From Sarea resinae (Eukaryota): DNA of 45,911 nt. How positions within the stretch are numbered: position 1 is the stretch's first letter; each line of letters starts with the position of its first letter. Both the position numbers and the translations under genes were made by a program. The notes under the pieces are model-generated. The model did not search any database. It worked only from the letters and a program-made list of their open reading frames with translations, and was not told the origin of the DNA. The stretch is from the NCBI GenBank assembly GCA_026026165.1, contig JAPEUD010000014.1, forward strand, positions 372,001-417,911, given 5' to 3'. Of the stretch, positions 37,657 through 45,911 are shown in pieces.

Positions 37657-39806
37657 CTCGAGCCATCCCCTCTCGAAGAGAGAGGACAGCTGACGGCCTC
37701 CCCGCCATCCCGTCTTACATCGCCCCGACCCCTCCCACCACAGGAACCCGCCGTTCTCTCTCTCCCGGTCGAAAAACAGAAGTACCCCGCACCATTTGCC
37801 CCACCGCGTAAAACACCAACGAATTCCAGAAAACACACATGGCAAGCTCGACTCGGGGCGCTTTCACCTTATCGAAACTGTACCACACGAGGAGAGAAGG
37901 ACAGACAAGCGCAAAGCTTTGAGCCTCACTCGAGAGAGGTCCCGCCTTCCACCCTCGTGCCGCCAGCGATAAGGGAACCCCGAAGGTCTTGGTGCAGACC
38001 AGAGGTATGTGTATGAGGTTTTCGTGCTTGTGCTTTTTGGGGAAGTACGGTGAGGGTCGTGGTTGCGGTAGTGAGGGGAGAGAGAGAGAAAGACGGATCC
38101 CCACGAGCTATCCCCGTCGTCAATCCTACTTCTGACATACCTGACCTTCGAAAACCCGCTCGGTCCAGTCCAAACGGTCATCCATATAGTCAACTTTGCT
38201 CTGCCAGGTCGAGCGCGATTTTCAAGCTTCTCTCAAGATGACCGCGCTCTCGAACGGTCGGACTTCCAAACCCTGGTCAAACGCCTTTTTCAAGGAGCTT
38301 TGCGGGGAAAGAACATCTCTCTATTTGTGGTGCAGTACTCTCAGAGACAAGTTTTATGTTTCCTCCCTCGCCTTTCACACGTCCGCACTTGACTCGCTGT
38401 TACGCAAAGCAATGGGACGGCTACTTGGCGAGAGGGCATTGAAAAGCGAACAAAAGACATCCTCAAAAACCGCTTTCGTCTCCCCGTATGAAGGGGGAGG
38501 ATGATGTCCAGCCTGCTGCTCCGAAGAGAGCAAGAGGACAGTGAATGTTGGGGCTCACCGTCGACCCGCGTGCTGAACACGCGAGGAGATGATTGACGCG
38601 GCTGGTCGAAACCTCGTCTCCTTGCAAGAGACGACTACAACTGTGGCTGGAGCCGCATCGTAGGTTTTCTGAGCTGCAGGCTGGGTAGAAAAAGTGGGGT
38701 GGAGAGCAGAGTATTCAAGCAGCCTGGAAAGATGCTTGAAGTGGTAGGGGAGACATACGGGACGTCTTCTCTTTCGCCGCCATGATGCTCTTTGAAGGTT
38801 TTCGATGTGAATAGTGTTGTCCCTTCCACGACCCAAGACCATACAGGTGTTTGATAAAGGGTCGATCGCTTGCATCTTCCTTCTCTCTTCTATCGCCTCA
38901 AAGCCTGCAATGATCAAGAACAACCAGCCCTCTGTCCTGTCAAGATTCAGACGTCCGAAGCAGACGCGTAGCCATGTTTTACAACTCACCCACCAGGGCA
39001 GCGATGCGAGTGTAAAATGATGCAATCAAATGCAGTTCTCTTTTTGTAAGGTCAAGCATCTCGCTACATGTCTAGAAAGAAGCTGCCCAGCCAAGCCTGA
39101 TCCCTGATGGGACCGTGAAGGCCATCTCGGAGGAGGCACGGAGCAGCTTTTCCAGACACGATTCCGACGATTGAATGCTATAGACCATTGCCCCTCAGGG
39201 CGAGATACATGCGTGATGCATTCTTTGGTAGGCAAGCACCACTAATGTGGAATTCGACGTGCTCATGTCTTCGTCTGAAACAGGAAGAGAAGCTTGCAGT
39301 CTCTCACAACGCAGAACCTCGAAAATGATAGAAAAAGAGAGGTCAGACTGTCAAGCACCTTATATCAATACCGATTGGCCCATTTAACGGGTGTCGAAAG
39401 AGCAATGTGTATTCGCCTTCAGAGCTCCGTTGCAGCAGAAAGAATGTGAAGAACCCAAAGACAATCCCAATAATGGGTGCCTGATATCTCCCATCCACTC
39501 TCTCCCGAAGATTTCCACAACGCCACGCATCAGAAAGACGATCTCAAAAGTGACCAGAGTATATGTTCGGCTAGAGGGAATCGACGCGCGCTCTCACAGA
39601 GAGGCTTACCAGACTAGACGCATGAAACACCTCATATTCAAAGGTCCAACAGGACTCCGAACGTCAGACCCTCTTTTCATCCCCCCAGAGAACACGGAAC
39701 TCAGCCTTGCGGCGAGGAAACGACGATCACCAGAGAGCTTAATAGGAAAGATGACAACTATGGACCGCAAAACTGCTTTCCAAAGGAAAGACAACCCAAC
39801 GAGTAC

Positions 39807-39815
39807 TTAGGGTTA
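39807..39815 (-). other. Telomerase RNA template 5'-UAACCCUAA-3' (1.5 copies of TTAGGG complement)
   Basis: Plus strand TTAGGGTTA at 39807-39815, flanked by non-telomeric bases (C and A). It lies one nucleotide 3' of the 3' strand of a strong helix. Confidence 0.88.
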
Positions 39816-40253
39816 AGCTCCGGAACCCATCCTCCCCATACCGCCATTCAATCTTTCGATTGTGACACGCCCGCGGGTGCGCTGGAACTCATTGAGACCA
39901 TGCTATGAGGCTCGAGTAGCAGCTCCCGCCGTACCATGCGCAGGCGGTGATGGGGGGCTGTTAAACATTCCTCGCGCAAGGCTGGAAGATGGGAGCCGGA
40001 AAACTGTGTGGAAAGTGCGCTGCTTTGTGATTACTCGAGAACGAGCGAGAGAATGAGATGGAAGCCGAAGGTTCATTGAGAGCGCGTCTTGAGATGGCGT
40101 GGAACGCGTTCACTGGCGGAGTGAAAGCTGTACTGGATGTCATGTGTAGACTGGAAGTAGAGCGGTCGAAAGATAGATTATCAGAGGGCATGATGCTCAG
40201 AGGATTGACGAAGATGAGGATAGTCGTTGGTGAGAAGGATATGGACGGTGTAT

Positions 40254-40510
40254 GAAGAGAGAAGAGGAAGAAGCGGAAGAAAGAGAGGAAAGTAAACACG
40301 GACAGCTCGAGTGACCGGCTCGAGTGACCGATACGCAGGCGCGTCGCTGACTAAGCAAATTCACCACGCGCTTTCATGTGATCTATCATTTTGCACTTTA
40401 CCGGCCAGGATGACACAACACCAAAGATTCACCCAATCTATCAAGGACTCGGTGCTGTGAAGCATCTAGAATCCCAAAAGCTATATGACAAGTCCGTGGA
40501 GGTCCAAGCC
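40254..40510. promoter_or_regulatory. Short bidirectional promoter region between TER (-) and RTP1 (+)
   Basis: Minus-strand pyrimidine tract 40291-40254 just upstream of the inferred TER 5' end. GTAAACA (forkhead-type) at 40292-40298, perfect 13-bp tandem duplication GCTCGAGTGACCG at 40305-40330, CGCG cores near 40340 and 40367. Confidence 0.55.
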
Positions 40511-43500
40511 ATGCCCCTCAGTGCGGTCGAGGCAGCTTTTGCGAATGCGAAAAGCTTCCTAGCTCCAGTATTAAATCGAGGTATCTGAGATATTGCATGA
40601 ATCGTCAGGCTGTTGATTTGGTTGATAGCTAAGCTAACGAATACCTCAGCGTCGATCGAGAGAGCGCGCTCCAAGTCAATCATCGAATTACTTTCTACTA
40701 ATGCCCAGGTTCATCATGGGGCCGAGTCAAAAGGTCACGTGCTTGAAAAGGCTATCAGCTTGATTCAGAGCATTCACGATGCTTTGAAAGCTGATGCCCA
40801 GGCTGAGAAAATTTTTGAATATGATCCACAGAGCCGCCGAATCGTGTATGCTCTTCTGGACCTAATATCATTGGAGGGTATCTATCCTTCCTTATCTTCG
40901 GGTGTTGGTATACCAATCGAACGTCGAGTCAAGTCTGTATTACTCGCTGGAGTAGTCGCCAAACCAACGACATCAGAATCAGCAGACCGGCATGATCAGG
41001 ATCTGTCGTTACTGAAAAATATCATTGATGCTTCCTCGAATTTCACGGCAGAACAGGGCAAAGGTATCGAGCCAATCATTCGTGATAGGATCCTCGTGGA
41101 CATTATCTGCGGGTCTGCCGAGCTCGCGTTCGGCCCTTTCTCGGACAGCAGCAACAAGGCAAAGTATGCAGCTACGTTCGAGAAACTGTTGGATGAGTAT
41201 GTCTGTCCTTTAATTATAAATCCCATGTATTTTAGAGCAAATCCAAGACTCCAACATCGTCTTTCATGCCTTGAGATTGGCTGAAACATATCATAGTTCA
41301 CCTACGTCTACTCTTCTCCCTATCTTGACCTCCCTTCTAACGCCGACTACGCCGACATGGCTACGCCCCCATTTCTCAACTCCACTCTCTTTGGTGCCGC
41401 TCCGGTCACATGGCGTGCGTCAGACAATAGAATTCATAGCTTCCACCGCCCGAGGTCCACCTCCATTCCAGAACGATAACGTTAATCCTCCATCAGCAAC
41501 AACCTCTACTGTATCACAGGGTCCCTCTTTGCCCATCGAAGCTTTGACACAGGCTTCAAAATTGCTTGCTTCTGTGCCCAGCGCCTTGACGCCTGATCAG
41601 TATTTCTCGCGGATCGCGCCTCAGCTTCTTGATTTACTAGATAGCGAAGCTGGCCCTGGAATGAGCAAAGCAGCAAGCTTTATTATTGGTGGAGGCATAC
41701 TGAATAGAAGGGCGTATGGAGCCCCTGGGACCATTGGATGGCGGCTCTTTGCCCAGCCAATATTGGCGAAGATCGACCCTGGATTGGACATTCAGGCCTC
41801 CATCCCTAATCAACCGGGCCCCGGTATCCACGAGTTTGATACTGTGCTAGTATCTGAGAGTGATCTCAATTTGGCCTTGACAAGGCTCGCTACTCTTATA
41901 ACATCTCACCCCAACCCTGCGCTTGCCAAAAGGCTTTTATCACGGCTGATGTTGCCACTTTGGTCTTTACGTTGCTTTTCCCGAAAGATGGGGAACTCGA
42001 CCTGGTGCGAGCGAGCTTCAAGTCTCTTAGAGACTTACTTCAAGGTTTCCGCCGATGCAGAGCAATTAGGTAAATTTGCAAGACAACTGCTCTGGGATGG
42101 GAGGCCTTCGTGGGAATATGCGTCTACTAAAGGGGGAGGAGTTGAAATTAGACGAACGTCTGATAAGACCACAGCGCCAAAAAATATGGTTGAATATGTT
42201 GAGAGCATTGACGACCGAGTGGACGAGTTCCTCAGACTTACTCAGTCTGGTGCCGTGGACGACGAACGACTTGGCGCCTTCTTCCTGGGTATCACTCGAC
42301 GCTGGCTTCTAGGCATGGAAGAGACGTCACCGTCCCAGCACGTCCTAGAGCCGGCATCTCAAAATTCTACGCAAGACCCAGCACAGATGCTGGTCGATGC
42401 CAAGATCGTCCAAAAAATGCTGGAACAGCAAAAAGAGAAACTCGCAAATAATCCTACACAAATCTTCGAACTCGTAAAGCAGCTCCTGAGTACCTTTGTC
42501 GAAAATCAGAACGCGCGATTTCAACGGAGGAGCAACCTTCAAAACCCGTCACTGTCTAGCCTAGGCAACATCGCCCGCGAAGCTACCGAGGAAGATCCAG
42601 GGGGCGCTGGTGAAGCGGGTTCTGAAGACGAGCCGACAGATATGGCCTCCATCGCTCTCAGTCTCCTCAGCACGATCCTATCTTCTCCTGATCTATCTCT
42701 TACGGAAGAAGACACACGGGTCCTATCCAGCATAGAGCCCTCCCTATCGTATCTCTCCTCTTCAAACAACTCCATCCCTTCATCTCTCTCCATGGCTGCC
42801 ATGAACCTGTCATCGCTCCTGACCCTCCAGGCTTCTATCCCCTCTACAACCTCGTCTTCCCTCAAAGCCTCCGACATCGAAGACCGCAAGACACACCAGC
42901 TCGCTCTGACCTATCTCACCGATGCCCTGCCTCCTGTCCGAGCACAAGGCCTGTCTCTCCTCACCGCTCTTATCTCGTCCCGCTCACCTGTCCTCGATGT
43001 CCCAGCCACCACGATCCTACTTCTCAGCCTGCTCCAAGACGATGACGAGTTCATCTACCTCAACGCCGTGAAAGCTCTCGGCGAGCTCAGCCAGAAACAT
43101 TCTCGGACCATCGTCAAGAATCTGGTAAGCCGGTATGTCGACCGTGAGGAGGAACTTGGACTTGATCAGCGCCTGAGACTCGGTGAGGCTCTTCTAAAGA
43201 CGGCAGAAAGTCTCGGCGAGGCCCTGGTCGGCGACACCGCCACCACGCTTGCAGAAGGCATGATCGCCGTTTCAGGGCGGCGCGGCACGCGGCCCAAAGC
43301 CGCCGCAGAACACGCCCGGCGCATCAACCTGCAAGAACTCCGCAACAAAGAAGCTGCCGATGCGTGGGGCGGAGAATTGCCGGACCTCCCTGCGATGAAC
43401 TCGTCCTCGGACTTGCAAGACGGCGCCCTCGACCGCGAAGAGAATGAAGCCTTATCCGCCATCCTCGCGGGCTGGGAAGGCAACCGCGCCACAGAAGACG

Positions 43501-44012
43501 TCCGGATCCGCACGTCGGCGCTCTCGGTCCTCGGCGTCGCCCTCGAAACCAATATCGCCGGCATCGGCGCCGTCCTCACGTCCACAGCTATCGACCTCGC
43601 CATCTCGATCCTGACGCTTGAGAATACGGGCGAGGAGAAGGCCATCCTCCGCCGAGCCGCGGTGCTGCTTTTCATGAGTCTGCTCAAGGCGCTGGATCGA
43701 GCGCGCGAGGAGGGCCGGAAGCTGGGGTTCGGACTTGCTGGAGAGAGCTTAGGCGATGTCATCAGAGTGCTCGAGTATGTGCGGGCTACTGATGGCGATT
43801 GGATCGTTAAGGGACATGCGGGGGCTGTGGTGGAGAGTCTGGAGGCTTGGAAGGAGAAAAGTTTGGTGTTTGGGATGGCGGAAGGGATGGAGAGGGAGAG
43901 AGGCGGGCATGGTATGGCTCCGCCTATGCTGGGGGAGAGACTGGCGGGTTTGAGAGTGGATCCTACGGGGCAGGGACGCGGCTCCAGGCCACGCATTGAA
44001 GAGATTGAATGA
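40511..44012 (+). CDS. RTP1: Rtp1/Tango6-family HEAT/ARM protein (RNA polymerase II assembly/nuclear import factor), ~1110 aa
   Basis: Exons 40511-40580, 40650-41196, 41297-44012 (3333 nt). LLDLISLEGIYPSL, YFSRIAPQLLDLL, and C-terminal motifs LTDALPPVRAQGL..LLSLLQDDDEFIYLNAVKAL, RLRLGEAL, DVRIRTSALSVLG, LRRAAV, DGDWIVKGHA are characteristic of the RTP1 C1/C2 regions. Confidence 0.88.
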
Positions 44013-45416
44013 AGCGAGTGAAACCGTCTATACCGTCAGCTCATTAATAGAACAATATACAACGCGTCATACGCGTAGCGCAGCCTTGTCTTGAGTTTCT
44101 AGTAAAGGTACTATGGGTCCCTACCCAAGATAGTAGTTATCGAAGAGGCACGGCTACCTACTAGTAGAGAGCAACCGCATAGAGTATCCTAGCTATTAGT
44201 TGAACGTAAACACTGTGGATGCAAAGTAGCAGTCGATTAGAAATCCAGAAAACTACTATAAGAAGCGTTCTACTTAGGCTGTTCGTTACGAGGTCATTCA
44301 CTGCACCACAGTACCATTTGGCCCCGTGAAGGTTGTCAGCCTCTCGACCAAGCTGTCGTGAATATCCGGACCTCGACAATATAGACCAAGTTAACAGTCA
44401 CCCTTGTAACAGAAAGGTCCGTTTGGCGCAAGGGTATACTCGGTGTTATCTGCCTGCTTGAGAAAAATAGCTAAAATGGAATCTCCACCAATCAAACTTC
44501 AGGTGGAGGACCATGCTCGCCCGTGTTCGAGCCCAGCAGGAGGAGTATTTCCTTTCCTTACCATAATGTCCCGCACCTTGGGCAGCCTTTCGCTACTAGA
44601 GCGATCTAATGAGATAAATCCAAATCTAATGCGGGTTTTCGTACGACTATTCATGAAAAAGAATAGTCTGAGCTTTTTGCTTTTTGCTTTTGAAGATCTT
44701 GGTTTGTTTAGTTCGTGTGCGATTCGTTATTTTTGTCGGCGCGACTTGTGTGGTAGTCTCTTCATCTGACACTCGATGAAAAGCATACTCCCATCTCATT
44801 CTCGTCTTCGTCATCGAGTATGAAAATGGAGATGAAGCAGCATCTAATCCTTTGTTAGCAGAGGAGCAGCTTAGGAGTTCTCATCATTCCCATTCAGCAT
44901 GAGGCACCGTGGTCGCAAAAGCGGCGATTTTTGAGGAACTGCTGAGTTGAGCTGATAATGTTGGTTTCATTGAGTAAGATTCCATTGTCATGGTATTCTT
45001 GACGTAGCCAACAAGAACACCAACAGTTTGCGGTATGTCAAGAAGTTCAAAGCAGCAGTAATAGAAGGAGATTTGTTGGAAATGCCAATACTTTTTTGGA
45101 AATGGAATCCCTAGTCTCAGGAGGCGCGCCAATAACATACAAATACACAATCTCCAAGCCGAGTTCCTAGATGCCCTACTCATGAATTTGTCGTAGCAAT
45201 CGATCCTAGCTGCATCGCCCGTGCGCTCGAGGATCGCTGTGTCCACCTCACATCAATGCCAAGCCCATCTTTCTTTATCAAACCCCAGCAAAATCCTCTC
45301 GAAAATAGCCGCAGAAGAGATGAACAGGCCACAGTCTCTTGGTCCGTCTTCCTTCGATGCATTCAACGGCTCCCGAGGTCTGCTATTCATATGATATGAC
45401 CGACAAAACGTCCCGC

Positions 45417-45800
45417 TCATCCCTCCATCTTCGTATCCTCGTCCTTCTTCCCCTTGTTCGCGGCCGAGATCCATAGCACATTGTTGCACCTGCCACCAAT
45501 ATCATCACCGGTCAGTAAACATCGGCACGACAGGAACATCGTGCTCCCATCTCTCTCTCTCTCCGTCTCTCTCGCAATCTTTCTCCCTCCTTATCCGGAA
45601 ATCTCGACGAATATCAACCCATCGCATAAAGGAAAAGCGCTTACCGTATCAGCACCTGTCCCAGGCTCCCCGTACTCTTCCCATCGATAAACTCCTCCGT
45701 ATTCGCGAGCTGGATATTCATGTACGAGTCGACGGACACGAGACGGCCTTTGTATTCTGTCTGGCCCCATTTTAGGCGCACGAGGACGTCGTCGTTGACG
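45417..45800 (-). CDS. SMX3: Small nuclear ribonucleoprotein SmF, 3' two exons (5' exon(s) outside window)
   Basis: Exon 45800-45645 ([52 protein letters not shown]), intron 45644-45490 (GTAAGC..CTGAC..CAG), exon 45489-45417 ([23 protein letters not shown]). Sm1/Sm2 motifs with LKWG and IRCNNVL diagnostic of SmF. The upstream intron runs past the window end. Not present in the ORF track. Confidence 0.93.
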
Positions 45801-45911
45801 CTGGTTTGTCTTAGCGTTAGATTCTAATGTATGAGGACGATATGGGACTTTGTGTGGAGAGCTTCCGTCAAGCAATCCCGATATGTGGAGAAGGGGAAGG
45901 AGGAGGGGGGG

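Larger units (their letters stand above)
37647..40253 (-). ncRNA. TER: Telomerase RNA (TER/TR), ~2.6 kb, template for TTAGGG repeats; 5' end approximate
   Basis: Minus strand, in the expected order: CT-rich promoter tract (40291-40254); 5' arm 40240-40059 pairing with 38268-38097 (core-enclosing duplex); template-boundary helix 40004-39984/39835-39817; template UAACCCUAA 39815-39807; pseudoknot 38464-38282; candidate CR4/5 37889-37836; Sm site AAUUUUUUUU 37656-37647; terminal intron starting AUAAGU. No convincing protein ORF in the interval. Confidence 0.9.

Noticed and set aside
37519..38016. Plus-strand ATG frame of ~165 codons with a single in-frame TAG at 37600-37602, considered as a readthrough or A-to-I-edited pseudogene
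   Set aside because: The TAG is the complement of the TER intron branch point (GCUAAC) and the frame lies antisense to the TER 3' domain. The peptide has no recognisable family.
39031..39345. Alternative pseudoknot: GACCUC/GAGGUU stem with U-rich loop, and UCUCUUUUU (39340-39332) complementary to AAAAAGAGA (39045-39037)
   Set aside because: No separate U-rich triplex loop plus P3 strand fits cleanly, and it is far from the core-enclosing duplex. The 38464-38282 candidate fits the canonical topology better. It may still be an ordinary helix in the long arm.
39807..39815. Interstitial telomeric repeat or chance TTAGGGTTA
   Set aside because: A lone 9-mer would be unremarkable in 46 kb, but here it abuts a boundary helix and co-occurs with the other TER elements on the same strand.
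38097..40240. Inverted repeats read as transposon TIRs (MITE or DNA transposon)
   Set aside because: The arms are interrupted by many bulges and strand-specific G-U wobbles, there is no transposase or evident target-site duplication, and they enclose exactly the template-pseudoknot core.
38050..40299. Short ORFs on both strands in the TFB4-RTP1 gap (e.g. 38196-38504, 38555-39025, 39391-39810, 39961-40299)
   Set aside because: Mostly non-ATG starts, no domain similarity, and no consistent exon chain. The interval is better explained by the structured ncRNA.
43166..43996. Long antisense/shadow ORFs (also 26575-27177, 28885-29481, 29216-30043, 33693-34286)
   Set aside because: They overlap well-supported genes in GC-rich coding sequence, where alternative frames are depleted of stops.
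44505..44550. tRNA or tRNA-derived SINE suggested by GTTCGAGCCC (B-box-like)
   Set aside because: The T-stem does not pair and no acceptor, D or anticodon stems can be built.
44013..45416. Gene between RTP1 and SmF (ORFs 44443-44769, 44884-45246) and two ACGCGT at 44062 and 44071
   Set aside because: No recognisable protein or splice structure. The ACGCGT pair lies in the RTP1 3' UTR with no supported downstream gene.

Overview
Intron-containing genomic DNA of a filamentous ascomycete (Pezizomycotina-type GT..CTRAC..YAG introns, mostly 45-210 nt). Reconstructed protein genes, left to right: uncharacterised disordered protein (-), SIN/MEN scaffold Cdc11/Nud1/SepK (+), a secreted ~1,870-aa protein with five WSC domains (-), Vps11/Pep5 (+), a second uncharacterised disordered protein (+), a Zn(II)2Cys6 transcription factor (-) divergent from a short-chain dehydrogenase (+), the UCS myosin chaperone Cro1/She4 (-) divergent from TFIIH subunit Tfb4 (+), Rtp1/Tango6 (+), and the 3' part of SmF (-), which the ORF track misses. 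The main result is that the apparently empty ~3.4 kb between TFB4 and RTP1 holds a ~2.6-kb telomerase RNA gene on the minus strand (~40253 to 37647). In 5'-3' order it shows a template-boundary helix, a 9-nt UAACCCUAA template, a U-rich-loop/A-rich-stem pseudoknot, a candidate CR4/5 (P6.1) junction, and an Sm site followed directly by a 60-nt terminal intron with the non-canonical AUAAGU 5' splice site. A ~180-nt imperfect long-range duplex encloses the template and pseudoknot. All base-pairings were read by eye, not computed. No transposon, rRNA or tRNA was supported.
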